A DNA stretch of 63,612 nucleotides, counting the filler. It is 6 parts of 6 records of this genome, joined end to end, with 100 filler letters (N's around TTAATTAATTAA, not from the genome) between each part and the next. Parts side by side here need not be neighbours in the genome. Positions count along the whole stretch, not along the records: positions 1 to 19,811 come from SRR31156797_52215; 5 more parts are not named here. One strand, 5' to 3'. Both the position numbers and the translations under genes were made by a program. Below, in pieces: positions 1-9,969 of the stretch (the stretch's first letter is position 1; the number at the start of each line of letters is the position of its first letter). Below the pieces are notes generated by a model. It had not been told where the DNA came from. It saw only the letters and a list, made by a program, of their open reading frames with translations, and did not search any database.

Positions 1-50
1 AAGCGAAAATCCTCATTTATGGACAGACACGAACTAATTAAATAAAACTA

Positions 51-1103
51 TTACATTGACAGAGGAGTTAAAGCTTTTGCATCGGCTGCAAACTTCGCGC
101 GTTCTTCAGCTGGTGCAGGAATCAACCCTTTTTCAGTAAGGTAACCATCTTCTCCCCAGGTGCGGTCACTGGAAAATTCAGCAAGGAACTCTGCAATGCC
201 TGGGATAACGCCAACATGTGCTTTTTTAACGTAAAAGTAGAGCGGACGTGAAACAGGGTAGTTGCCATCTGCAATGTTTTCAAAGGTCGGTGCCTGCCCA
301 TCAACGATGGAACCCTGAATTTTGTCTCCATTCTGATCCAAAAAGCTGAATCCGAAAATACCCAGGCTCTGTGGGTTGGCTTCAAGCTTCTGCACAATCA
401 GGTTATCGTTTTCACCTGCCTCAATATACGCACCGTCTTCACGAACCGTGTGACAAATTCCCTTGTAGGCTTTTTTGTCTTTTTTCTTCATTGCCTTAAT
501 AAAATCAAATTTCTTACACCCGCCTTCCATGGCAAGTTCCACAAAGGCATCACGGGTACCAGAGGTAGGAGGAGGTCCCAGAACTTCAATCGTTGTTGCC
601 GGCAGTTCCGGGTTAACGTCCTTCCAGGTTTTATAAGGATTAGGTACCAGGCTCTCTCCACCTTTAGGATCAGGTACATCCTTGGCTAATGCAAGAAAGA
701 GATCTTTACGGCTTAATTTCAACTGCTCAGCCTTTTTGGAATTGGCAACAACGATCCCATCGTACCCGATCTTGATTTCAACAATATCCTTTACTCCGTT
801 ATCCTGACATTTTTTATATTCAGAGGATTTGATACGGCGAGAAGCATTGGAGACATCAGGGGTCTCAACACCAACACCGGCACAAAACAATTTCATCCCC
901 CCGCCGGAACCGGTGGACTCAATTTTTGGAGTCTTAAAGGTGGTGGTCTTACCAAACTGTTCAGCAACTGTGGTTGCAAAAGGGTAGACAGTTGATGAAC
1001 CGACAATGGAAATATAGTCTCTTCCACCAGCTGCCAGAGAGGTATTTGCAGCAGACACAGCCAGTAAAGATGCTGCTCCAAAAATGAAACTTTTCTTCAA
1101 CAT
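51..1103 (-). CDS. pstS: Phosphate ABC transporter substrate-binding protein (PstS, GSSTV type)
   Basis: Signal peptide; motifs IVGSSTVYPF, STGSGGG, PPTSGTRD, YPVSRPLYFY; downstream of pstC/pstA. Confidence 0.93.
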   Translation of the reverse strand: MLKKSFIFGAASLLAVSAANTSLAAGGRDYISIVGSSTVYPFATTVAEQFGKTTTFKTPKIESTGSGGGMKLFCAGVGVETPDVSNASRRIKSSEYKKCQDNGVKDIVEIKIGYDGIVVANSKKAEQLKLSRKDLFLALAKDVPDPKGGESLVPNPYKTWKDVNPELPATTIEVLGPPPTSGTRDAFVELAMEGGCKKFDFIKAMKKKDKKAYKGICHTVREDGAYIEAGENDNLIVQKLEANPQSLGIFGFSFLDQNGDKIQGSIVDGQAPTFENIADGNYPVSRPLYFYVKKAHVGVIPGIAEFLAEFSSDRTWGEDGYLTEKGLIPAPAEERAKFAADAKALTPLSM

Positions 1104-1199
1104 TACTTTTCTCCTAAGAATTATTTTTCAATCCAATTGTTAGTGAAGGGCTGTCCTGCCGCTTCACGATAAACACGTTTTGCCAACACTTTTTCTCTA

Positions 1200-2471
1200 T
1201 TACCAGCGACGCTCGAACTTCTTTCTCAAAAATACAGCTGCCCCATTCATACAAATCAGGAAGGTAAGCAGCACCATGATAGCGGCAGAGGTACGTTCAA
1301 CAAAAGCACGCTCTGGTGAGTCGGCCCAAAGATAAATCTGGACCGGCAGTACTGTGGCAGGATCAGTCAAAGAGCCTGGCACGTCCACGATAAAGGCTAC
1401 CATACCAATCATTAACAGAGGCGCTGTCTCGCCAAGGGCCTGGGCCATACCAATAATGGTGCCAGTCATCATCCCTGGCATGGCAAGCGGCAGTACGTGA
1501 TGGGTAATGGCCTGCATCTTTGATGCCCCGACCCCAAGGGCTGCCTCTCTAATTGAAGGCGGTACAGACTTAAGCGAGGCCCTGCTTGCTATTATAATGG
1601 TCGGCAGGGTCATCAGGGTCAGTACCAATCCTCCAACGAGCGGTGCAGACCGGGGTAAACCAAAAAAATTAAGAAATACAGCCAGGCCAAGAAGGCCGAA
1701 AACAATCGAAGGAACCGCAGCAAGATTGTTGATATTGACCTCAATCAAGTCTGTCCACTTATTGGAAGGAGCAAATTCCTCAAGGTATACTGCCGCAGAA
1801 ACGCCAATGGGAAAAGAGAGAGCCAGAGTAATCAACAGGGTGAACATAGACCCCATTATAGCTCCCTTGATACCTGACAGCTCAGGTTCCCTGGAGTCAC
1901 CTGCCGTAAAAAAAGTGGTATTAAATTTAAGTTCCAGACGCCCTGCTTCAACCAACTGATCCACCCACCCAATCTGATCATCTGAAATGCGTCGTTCCGC
2001 CTCGGGAACGTCACGGGAAATATGCCCCTTAAGAAGCATATCCACCTCGTCATCGGCAGGTAAACGAACAAGTTTGGTAGTACCGATAAGGGTCGGGTCT
2101 TTCAGCACCATATCCTGCAATTCAAATGCAGCACCAGAGCTGACGAGTTTGTTCAACCGGCGCGTCTTCGACCTGCCGCTAACATCAGGAAAAAGCTCGC
2201 CCATGGAGGTTTTAATTAACTTCGCATAATTGGCATTTCGAAGGTTTTCAACCTGCAGTATCTGCTCATCAAAGGTAATATCGAGATAAATTGCTGCCTG
2301 CCGAAAAGCTGTCCAGCCGTTTGCTGCGATTGAACCAAACAAAAAAGCCAGAAACAACATGCTGACGACAATTGCCGCCAGACCAAACAGTTTGAATCGT
2401 TTTTCCTTACGGTATCGCCGGGCAAGGCCGCGATTGACGACATCCATGGTAGAGGGGGCTTGCTTTTCCAT
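1200..2471 (-). CDS. pstA: Phosphate ABC transporter permease PstA (long form)
   Basis: NLAAVPSIVFG, EAALGVGAS, GETAPLL. Start reassigned to ATG 2471 (MEKQ..., GGA upstream) to avoid overlap with pstC. Confidence 0.92.
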   Translation of the reverse strand: MEKQAPSTMDVVNRGLARRYRKEKRFKLFGLAAIVVSMLFLAFLFGSIAANGWTAFRQAAIYLDITFDEQILQVENLRNANYAKLIKTSMGELFPDVSGRSKTRRLNKLVSSGAAFELQDMVLKDPTLIGTTKLVRLPADDEVDMLLKGHISRDVPEAERRISDDQIGWVDQLVEAGRLELKFNTTFFTAGDSREPELSGIKGAIMGSMFTLLITLALSFPIGVSAAVYLEEFAPSNKWTDLIEVNINNLAAVPSIVFGLLGLAVFLNFFGLPRSAPLVGGLVLTLMTLPTIIIASRASLKSVPPSIREAALGVGASKMQAITHHVLPLAMPGMMTGTIIGMAQALGETAPLLMIGMVAFIVDVPGSLTDPATVLPVQIYLWADSPERAFVERTSAAIMVLLTFLICMNGAAVFLRKKFERRW

Positions 2472-2496
2472 ATTTTTTCCAAATAACAGGTGGGTC

Positions 2497-3882
2497 TTAT
2501 TCGTATTCTTCGCGGTATTTGCGAACCACGTGAAGAGCGATGACATTGAGTATCAGAGTGATCACAAATAACAGCAGCCCCAAGGCAAAGGCTGCCAAGG
2601 TCTTGGGACTGTCAAATTCCTGGTCACCTACAAGCAGAGTGACGATCTGTACCGTAACGGTGGTTACAGCCTGCAGAGGGTTTGCAGTCAGATTAGCTGA
2701 AAGACCGGCAGCCATCACCACGATCATTGTCTCACCAATGGCTCTGGAAGCTGCCAGCAGAATGGAACCAACGATTCCAGGCAGTGCTGCCGGCAGGATA
2801 ACATTTGTGATAGTTTCGCTCTTGGTTGCACCTAGACCGTAGGAGCCATCACGTAGCGACTGGGGAACGGCGTTAATAACATCATCAGACAGTGATGACA
2901 CAAAGGGAATGATCATCACGCCCATTACAAGACCTGCGGCAAGAGCGCTTTCAGATGAAACTGACAGGCCAAAGGTTACCCCAGCATTACGAATGAGCGG
3001 AGCAACAACAAGTGCTGCAAAAAAACCGTAAACAACCGTAGGAACCCCGGCCAGAATTTCAAGCAGCGGCTTCACGATTGCTCGAAATCGTTTGCCTGCA
3101 TATTCTGAAAGATAAACCGCTGCCATCAGCCCTATTGGTACAGCCACCGCCATGGCAATCCCTGAAATCATAAAGGTTCCTGCAAGAACAGGAATCGCAC
3201 CAAAACTACCGGAACTCCCTGCCTGGTCTGCCCTGATAGCCATTTGCGGACTCCATTTAAGGCCAAACAAAAAATCAGTAAATGGAACCTGCTGAAAAAA
3301 ACGATATGATTCAAAAATGACAGACAGGACAATGCCGATGGTGGTAAAAATAGCTATTGCAGAGCACAAAATGAGGATAACCTTTACGACACCTTCCACA
3401 TGGTTCCTGGCTCTCATGGTTGGCTTAATCCGCGAATAGATAAATAAACATCCAACCATGGCACAGGAAAACATAACCACGGCCAGCGCCACGCTGCCGA
3501 TACGCTCCATGGCAATATATCTATCTGCAGCTAGCTGCAGCTGTGGGTCAACCTCACCTGAAAAGAAATTTCCAGAGACCAGATTGCGTAAATCATTGAC
3601 CAGCAGGTTTAGGTGTGCATTATCAACGGTCTCTCCATGGCCGACAATTGCCCCCATAACCATGTTGGTGAGGACAGTATCTGACAGAGACTGCCAGACA
3701 ACAAAAATAAGCAGCGCAGGAATTGCGCACCATAGGGCTGTAAGCATCCCATAATACCCAGGCCGGGAGTGCAGCTTTGTTGAATGCGCCTTGCCGGCAA
3801 CAGCAAAGGCTTTCTTCTTCCCCACCATATAGGCAAGGGAAGAAAGGATGAGGGTGATAATGACAAGTAGGTTTGGCGACAT
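2497..3882 (-). CDS. pstC: Phosphate ABC transporter permease PstC (long form)
   Basis: LEILAGVPTVVYG, GSYGLGAT, RAIGETMIV; multiple TM segments. Confidence 0.92.
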   Translation of the reverse strand: MSPNLLVIITLILSSLAYMVGKKKAFAVAGKAHSTKLHSRPGYYGMLTALWCAIPALLIFVVWQSLSDTVLTNMVMGAIVGHGETVDNAHLNLLVNDLRNLVSGNFFSGEVDPQLQLAADRYIAMERIGSVALAVVMFSCAMVGCLFIYSRIKPTMRARNHVEGVVKVILILCSAIAIFTTIGIVLSVIFESYRFFQQVPFTDFLFGLKWSPQMAIRADQAGSSGSFGAIPVLAGTFMISGIAMAVAVPIGLMAAVYLSEYAGKRFRAIVKPLLEILAGVPTVVYGFFAALVVAPLIRNAGVTFGLSVSSESALAAGLVMGVMIIPFVSSLSDDVINAVPQSLRDGSYGLGATKSETITNVILPAALPGIVGSILLAASRAIGETMIVVMAAGLSANLTANPLQAVTTVTVQIVTLLVGDQEFDSPKTLAAFALGLLLFVITLILNVIALHVVRKYREEYE

Positions 3883-3942
3883 TTTGCGTGTCCGTTAAAA
3901 AATAAGAAATCAAGTGATAGTGGAATATATTATCGCCCCTTT

Positions 3943-3981
3943 ATTAACCAACAGTTCGGCAACTGTTAGGATTGCGTTAAG
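3943..3981 (-). promoter_or_regulatory. Putative Pho box array upstream of pstC
   Basis: + strand hexamers attaac(3943), gttcgg(3954), gttagg(3965), gttaag(3976) at exact 11-bp period; same motif upstream of pstS2 and phoU. Confidence 0.7.
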
Positions 3982-4216
3982 ACGGTTGCCATCACAGCTC
4001 TTTTGCGCTTATGGTACGGACACAGTGCAGGGCCACTTCATAAACTTTATTTATCCGGCACCTCAGGCAAGACGACTTTGCCCAAGCACAAACTTTAATG
4101 ATTGCAATCTATTACCTTCACGTTTTCACTGCGCTCTGGCAAAATGCATGAATGATGTATATATTTTTTGCCTGCCTTTCAATCGTAGGTAATGACGACA
4201 TAAAAAGGAGAACAGA

Positions 4217-5362
4217 ATGGGAAAATGCATAGGCGTATTAACAGCAGGTGGTGACAGTCCAGGACTGAATGCCGCTATTCGCGCCATTGGTAAAAGTGCT
4301 CTCAGCTCGTATAAGATGCAGGTAATTGGCTTCAGAGACGGTTTTCGGGGGCTCATGGAAAACCGAACAGTACAGCTGGAAGGCGATATTCTCTCGGGCA
4401 TCCTCACCCGTGGCGGTACAATTCTTGGCACCAGTCGCGACAAACCACATAAAATGCCTGTAGGGTCAAAGATGCAGGATATGACAGAGGTTATGCTCGA
4501 TAACTATCATCGTCATCACCTTGAAGCACTCATCTGTATCGGCGGCGGTGGAACCCAAAAAAATGCGCTCCGTTTAGCCCAGGCCGGGATGAATATCGTG
4601 ACCCTTCCCAAGACTATAGATAACGATGTCGCCCAAACAGATATCACCTTTGGTTTTGACACTGCTCTTTCCATCGCCACAGATGCGATCGACCGGCTGC
4701 ATTCGACAGCCCATAGCCACCACCGCATCATTGTCGTCGAAATAATGGGACACAATGCCGGCTGGCTAGGACTCGGTGCAGGCATGGCCAGCGGCGCCGA
4801 CGTGATCCTCATCCCTGAAATCCCTTATGACGTAAGCTTAGTGGCAGAGGCCATTCGCAGAAGACGGCACAGAGGGAAAAACTTCAGCATTGTTGCAGTT
4901 TCAGAAGGTGCCCTGGCAAAAGAGGATGACCAGGTATTGGCAGAGCTTCAGGCAAAAAAGAAAAAAGCCAAAGAAAATGGTGATGGAAAAAAACTTAAAA
5001 AGGCTGCAGACTCACTCACACACTTTAAGTCGATTCAGAAAGAAAACACCCTGCTCCTTTCCAGCAAACTTGAAGCCATGACAGGACTGGAGAGCCGAGT
5101 CACCATTTTGGGCCATCTCCAACGGGGCGGAACCCCTTCAGCTGCAGACCGCATTTTGGCAACCCGCCTTGGCACAAAAGCGGTTGAAGCCATCGACAAA
5201 AAACAGTATGGCCACATGGTGGCTGTCAATGGGGAAACAACCTGCCTGATTCCCTTGGAAGAGGTCGCCGGACAGCGAAAAATCATCCCCCTTAATCACC
5301 CTTGGATACGTTCTGCTATCGAGACCGGAACATGCCTGGGAGCTGAAATACCCTTAAAGTGA
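4217..5362 (+). CDS. pfkA: 6-phosphofructokinase (group III / mixed-substrate type)
   Basis: [49 protein letters not shown]. Confidence 0.9.
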   Translation: MGKCIGVLTAGGDSPGLNAAIRAIGKSALSSYKMQVIGFRDGFRGLMENRTVQLEGDILSGILTRGGTILGTSRDKPHKMPVGSKMQDMTEVMLDNYHRHHLEALICIGGGGTQKNALRLAQAGMNIVTLPKTIDNDVAQTDITFGFDTALSIATDAIDRLHSTAHSHHRIIVVEIMGHNAGWLGLGAGMASGADVILIPEIPYDVSLVAEAIRRRRHRGKNFSIVAVSEGALAKEDDQVLAELQAKKKKAKENGDGKKLKKAADSLTHFKSIQKENTLLLSSKLEAMTGLESRVTILGHLQRGGTPSAADRILATRLGTKAVEAIDKKQYGHMVAVNGETTCLIPLEEVAGQRKIIPLNHPWIRSAIETGTCLGAEIPLK

Positions 5363-5510
5363 GTAGTTTTAAATTTGTTCTGACAAACCCTGAAAGTAGT
5401 TTGGATCACACCTTAATCCCTGGTTTGACAGCATCCCTGATCACAATCAATACCTTCGCAGGCAATGCCCAAGCTGCATAGTTTGTGAATAGTGCCTACT
5501 AACATGCGCG

Positions 5511-5617
5511 GTAACTACTCACAGGCCCCCATCTCTGGACGGTCACGATCTCCCGCATAGAAGGGCTATAGCGAAAAATCGCGCCTGTCCAAATATGAGG
5601 CACCTGTGAGCAGTTAC
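5511..5617. repeat. 107-bp imperfect palindrome, MITE/REP-like element
   Basis: Termini GTAACTACTCACAGG / CCTGTGAGCAGTTAC (14/15 complementary); nested inner arms tggac/gtcca, cgat/atcg, atag/ctat. Confidence 0.65.
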
Positions 5618-5666
5618 AGATTTTAGGGTATAACAAACCAAAGAGTTACCAACCCCGTGAGTTACA

Positions 5667-6347
5667 ATGCGCGTATTTATAATTGAATGCCCCAATCCAA
5701 TAGATTTGCTTCAAGGAAGAAACGAAGGAAAAAGTCTGGAACAGATCTGTAAATTAGTCGGCCACGAGGTTGTCAGCTTTCAACCTAAATCAAAAAATGA
5801 CTTTTCAACCGTATGCAAATATATCTCAAGCATAGACAGGGACCACGATGGCTCTGACAACCCTGATCTTCCACTCTGTATCCATATTTCCAGCCATGGC
5901 GAAGAAGACGGATTATGGTTTGGAAAAGATCTGATCAGTTGGAACGAATTGCTTGAGGCACTTGAACCAATCTGTACCAAAAAATCCATCTATAAGGGTG
6001 AAAAGATACTGACAATATCGGCATGTGAGGCAAAAGAACAGCAGCTAACTAAAAAAATAGAGAAAAAGTGGATGATAAACACAGCCTTCCAACCACCACG
6101 ACACCTGTTTGTCACGGCCGATGAGGAGGTATACTGGAAAGACGCTGTAGTGGCCTGGGCATTATTCTACAATAAAATTCCCAAAACAAATTTATCCAAA
6201 AAAAAGAAGATATTAACCATACTGACACTCATCCGTAAAGCGGAACTGGGATGCATCCATTATTACCGATGGTCGACAAAGAAAGGAAAATACAAAGGCT
6301 ATTGCTCACAAGGGTCGCTCAAAAAAATAAGCGTAGGCATATGTTGA
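5667..6347 (+). CDS. Hypothetical protein, caspase/CHAT-like cysteine protease fold
   Basis: IHISSHG (His77) and LTISAC (Cys120) match the clan CD His-Gly...Ala-Cys dyad pattern and spacing. Confidence 0.6.
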   Translation: MRVFIIECPNPIDLLQGRNEGKSLEQICKLVGHEVVSFQPKSKNDFSTVCKYISSIDRDHDGSDNPDLPLCIHISSHGEEDGLWFGKDLISWNELLEALEPICTKKSIYKGEKILTISACEAKEQQLTKKIEKKWMINTAFQPPRHLFVTADEEVYWKDAVVAWALFYNKIPKTNLSKKKKILTILTLIRKAELGCIHYYRWSTKKGKYKGYCSQGSLKKISVGIC

Positions 6348-6437
6348 TATCAGAGACTACACTTCCATTCGCACTTATTTATGGGCACAGCCATATGCCC
6401 AGTGCATTGTAATATCCGCAGCAGAAGCTGCAAAATA

Positions 6438-7100
6438 TCAAAGCGGTAACAGAAATTGTTCTCTGGCTTGTTTTTTGAGAAACTTAGCAAACTTCTTGTT
6501 TATTTTCGGAAGAGTATAGTATTTCCCTACAATAGTTTTATGGGTGCTTTTAGCAAGACTTGAAGGGTCAAAATATCCTTTTGCATTTTCAACACTCAAA
6601 ACAAATGGCGGCTTCCCGTGACGCACAAGGATAGAGCTCATCATCAGCCCACCAGTTCGATGATTTCCCTCAAAAAAAAGCTGAGGCCTGCTCACATGCT
6701 GGATATAGAGTCCTGAAGCTATTTTCCAAGGAGAATCGTCTTTATGTCTTTGGGCCCATTTTCGAAGATCAGTGATGCAAAAATCTTTTTGATGGTAGAA
6801 GCGCTCTGTTGTTGCCTGTATATGTTCCAGGTAATTTTTTCGCCTTTTCTTATCAGTCCCACAAAGAACAATGTTATTTAATTCAAGAAAATGATGGAGG
6901 TTGGATCTCTCCAGCAGATTGAGATCTCTGGAAATCAGATAATTTGTATATTGATACCCTTCTAGAAGATTGTTGAGAATTTCATCACGCAGCGGCTCAC
7001 GCAGCATATCCAACGTTTCATTGATTTTATCAAAATCACGCTGGACCTGGCGAAGTGATTTTTCCACCTCATCCATATTTATAGTGTAAGCTGATGCCAT
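6438..7100 (-). CDS. Fic/Doc-like protein with degenerate active-site motif
   Basis: QLFFEGNHRTGG aligns to the Fic motif HPFx(D/E)GN(G/K)RxxR; followed by a helix and GKPPF. Confidence 0.7.
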   Translation of the reverse strand: MASAYTINMDEVEKSLRQVQRDFDKINETLDMLREPLRDEILNNLLEGYQYTNYLISRDLNLLERSNLHHFLELNNIVLCGTDKKRRKNYLEHIQATTERFYHQKDFCITDLRKWAQRHKDDSPWKIASGLYIQHVSRPQLFFEGNHRTGGLMMSSILVRHGKPPFVLSVENAKGYFDPSSLAKSTHKTIVGKYYTLPKINKKFAKFLKKQAREQFLLPL

Positions 7101-7104
7101 AGAT

Positions 7105-7134
7105 AAGAAAACCCACGAGGCAAGGCCCCTTGGG
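7105..7134 (-). terminator. Terminator/attenuator-like hairpin between pstS3 and the Fic-like gene
   Basis: Minus strand CCCAAGGGG-ccttg-CCTCGTGGG-TTTTCTT (one mismatch, one G-U). Confidence 0.45.
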
Positions 7135-7165
7135 AAAAGGGTTAATCCAGCTTTTACATTCTCTT

Positions 7166-8209
7166 TTAGTGTACCATCTTTAGTACTTCAATACCTGCGG
7201 TCGTTACAGACGCCGGCAAAGGTACATATCCAAGTTCATCAGCATACTGTTGCCCATCGGTAAGGGCCCACCGAACAAACTGCTTTACTTTCTCTCCCTT
7301 GGCACCATCAACATATTTTTTATACAACAGAAGCCAACTATAGGTGATGATAGGATAGGAAGAAATGCCATCTGGATCCGGGAGAAACATGCGCAGGTTG
7401 GCTGGCATTGCTGCGGCTGTATCAGCCAGGGTTTTGGAACCTGCCGCTCCAGACGGCCTGACATACTCGCCACTTTTGTTTTCCAATATAGCCATTGCAA
7501 GTCCAGCTCGCCGCGCAACCCCATATTCAACGTACCCAATGCTGCCCCAGGAATGACTGATTTTTACAGCGACGCCTTCATTGTATCGTCCGGACATCGA
7601 GTTCCCTGGCCAGTCCACCTTTTTTCCAACGCCAGGCCCTTCTGTTTTCCAGGCAGGGCTAATACTGTTCAGGTGATTGGTAAACGCCCAGGTTGTACCT
7701 GATGAGTCACTTCTGCTTACCGTCACAATATTGAGTTTAGGTAATTTTTTTCCAGGGTTTAACGTCAAAATACGTTCATCGTTCCAGTATCTGATTTTGC
7801 CAAGAAAAATATCCGTATAAACATCACGGCTGAGTTTTAAATCGCCTTGAATTCCAGGGATATTATACCCGAGTACAATGAGACCTGCCGTTGCAGGAAT
7901 GAGTTGAACTCCAGCCTTAACCTGACTGATCTGCCTATCGCTCATTGCTGCATCACTGGCTCCAAAGTCAATGGTGCCTGCCATAAAACGTTTGGTACCG
8001 GCTCCACTGCCTACCGCATCATAATACAGTGAAAAATCACTGTGGTGTTGGCTAAATTCCTTAATCCAGCGTTGATAGAGTGGTGCTGGAAATGTAGCCC
8101 CGGCACCGATGATATCTGCATTATCAATTGTCACCTTAGGTGCTGCAAATGCAGCTGAGGTAGACAGTAAAAGCAGAAAAGAAAATATAACGTTTGTAAC
8201 TCTTTTCAT
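7166..8209 (-). CDS. pstS: Phosphate-binding protein PstS (GAGATFP type)
   Basis: GAGATFPAPLY, VGSGAG, DFGASD, RSDSSGTT; start moved to ATG 8209 after GGAGGGTGAGG. Confidence 0.93.
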   Translation of the reverse strand: MKRVTNVIFSFLLLLSTSAAFAAPKVTIDNADIIGAGATFPAPLYQRWIKEFSQHHSDFSLYYDAVGSGAGTKRFMAGTIDFGASDAAMSDRQISQVKAGVQLIPATAGLIVLGYNIPGIQGDLKLSRDVYTDIFLGKIRYWNDERILTLNPGKKLPKLNIVTVSRSDSSGTTWAFTNHLNSISPAWKTEGPGVGKKVDWPGNSMSGRYNEGVAVKISHSWGSIGYVEYGVARRAGLAMAILENKSGEYVRPSGAAGSKTLADTAAAMPANLRMFLPDPDGISSYPIITYSWLLLYKKYVDGAKGEKVKQFVRWALTDGQQYADELGYVPLPASVTTAGIEVLKMVH

Positions 8210-8225
8210 ATCCTCACCCTCCAGT

Positions 8226-9071
8226 TTAGGAGAACTCACCGTGCAGGTATTCTTGTGTCAATTGTTCCTGTGGATTTTGAAAAAGATCCTTGGTCTTATT
8301 CATTTCAACCAGGTAACCGGTTCGGCCACCTTTGGATATGTCGACTGCAAAAAAGGCTGTCTGGTCAGCTACACGCATGGCCTGCTGCATGTTATGGGTA
8401 ACAATAGCAAGCGTGTATTTTTGTTTGAGCTCAGTCATTAAGTCTTCAACCTGTCGGGTTGCAATGGGGTCAAGGGCCGAACATGGTTCATCCATGAGCA
8501 ATACGCGAGGCTCGGTAGCAATAGCGCGAGCAATGCATAAGCGCTGCTGCTGTCCACCGGAAAGTGACAAGCCATTATTTTTGAGTTTGTTTTTTACTTC
8601 TTTCCACAACGCAGCACCTCGTAATGCCTTTTCCACTTTTTCATCCATATCACCTTTAAATCGGTTCAGTCTGAGGCCAAAGGCAACATTTTCATAAATG
8701 GACATGGAAAAAGGATTTGGTTGCTGGAAGACCATCCCAATGTTTCTCCGAACCGAAACCGGATCAATTTTTTTATCATAGATATCTACACCATGAAAAT
8801 GTACCTGACCTTCAAAGCGAAAACCTCTAATAAGGTCGTTCATACGGTTAATGCTTTTCAGTACCGTACTTTTTCCGCAGCCTGATGGCCCGATAAAACC
8901 GGTGATCTGATTTTTAGTAATTGGAACATAACTATCCCGGACAGCAAGGAAATCTGAATAATAGATACGATCGGCCCGACAATCCAGTGCAATATCACTA
9001 GGCAATTCATCTGCCTGTGCCGCTGTTTCATTTGTGCTTGGGGTTGTATCGTTTTGCATCTGTAACTCCAT
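8226..9071 (-). CDS. pstB: Phosphate ABC transporter ATPase PstB
   Basis: [34 protein letters not shown]. Confidence 0.95.
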   Translation of the reverse strand: MELQMQNDTTPSTNETAAQADELPSDIALDCRADRIYYSDFLAVRDSYVPITKNQITGFIGPSGCGKSTVLKSINRMNDLIRGFRFEGQVHFHGVDIYDKKIDPVSVRRNIGMVFQQPNPFSMSIYENVAFGLRLNRFKGDMDEKVEKALRGAALWKEVKNKLKNNGLSLSGGQQQRLCIARAIATEPRVLLMDEPCSALDPIATRQVEDLMTELKQKYTLAIVTHNMQQAMRVADQTAFFAVDISKGGRTGYLVEMNKTKDLFQNPQEQLTQEYLHGEFS

Positions 9072-9081
9072 TTACCATATA

Positions 9082-9969
9082 TTAAATGCGTTTACGCTGA
9101 CCGATCATTCGGCTCATGATGTTAAGTAAAAAGACCATTACAACCAAGACAAGGGATGCAGCCCAGGCAAGTTCAATCTGGTTCTCAAAGGGCATACCTG
9201 AGTAGTTATAAATAAGAACCGCCAAAGAAGCGGTAGGTTCGTTAGCGTTCACCCAGTAATCGGAAAAGAGTGCAGTAAACAAGAGGGGTGCAGTCTCACC
9301 GGCAGCCCTTGCTACGGCAAGTACAACCCCAGTTATTATGCTTGGCATTGCAACAGGCAGCGTAACCTTGAGCAGACTTTGGGTTGAGGTACACCCCATA
9401 CCAAAAGCAGCCTCTTTCATTGGGAGTGGTACCATTTTAATAGCCTCTTCAGCAGTAAGCATAACAACAGGTACCATTAAGAGGGCGAGTGCGATACCAC
9501 CTGCCCATGCAGAGTAATGTCCCATGGCCAGAACGACCGCAGCATAGGCAAACACACCAGCTAGAATTGATGGCAATCCTGTCATAGTCTTAGCGCAGAA
9601 TCGTGCAATGTTAGCAACTTTGCTATGAGGACCAAGTTCTGCAAGATAAATAGCAGCAAGCACCCCAAAAGGAACACTAATGAGAGCAGCAAGCCCAACC
9701 ATGAACAGCGTACCGAGGATTGCATTAGCAAAACCACCCCCGGTTTCAAATGCTGTAGGCGGCAGTGCATAAAAAAGCTCTAAGCTCAGTCGCTTACCAC
9801 CACGATAAATGAGCATTATCAAAACTGAAAACAGGGGTAGACAAGCCCAAACAGCAGCAGTTACTGTCACGGCACTGAGAACAATTGACTTGAGAGCACG
9901 CGGCTCAAAAGCCTGCCTTTCTAGATTCGGTAGATGGAATTCATCCGTTACCTTATGTTTGCTACTCAT
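9082..9969 (-). CDS. pstA: Phosphate ABC transporter permease PstA (short form)
   Basis: GLPSILAG, EAAFGMG, ARAAGETAPLLFT. Confidence 0.93.
   Translation of the reverse strand: MSSKHKVTDEFHLPNLERQAFEPRALKSIVLSAVTVTAAVWACLPLFSVLIMLIYRGGKRLSLELFYALPPTAFETGGGFANAILGTLFMVGLAALISVPFGVLAAIYLAELGPHSKVANIARFCAKTMTGLPSILAGVFAYAAVVLAMGHYSAWAGGIALALLMVPVVMLTAEEAIKMVPLPMKEAAFGMGCTSTQSLLKVTLPVAMPSIITGVVLAVARAAGETAPLLFTALFSDYWVNANEPTASLAVLIYNYSGMPFENQIELAWAASLVLVVMVFLLNIMSRMIGQRKRI

Noticed and set aside
5498-5630. Possible integron attC site
   Set aside because: A TAAC precedes the palindrome, but I found no properly placed GTTRRRY, no integrase and no second cassette; kept only as a MITE/REP-like element.
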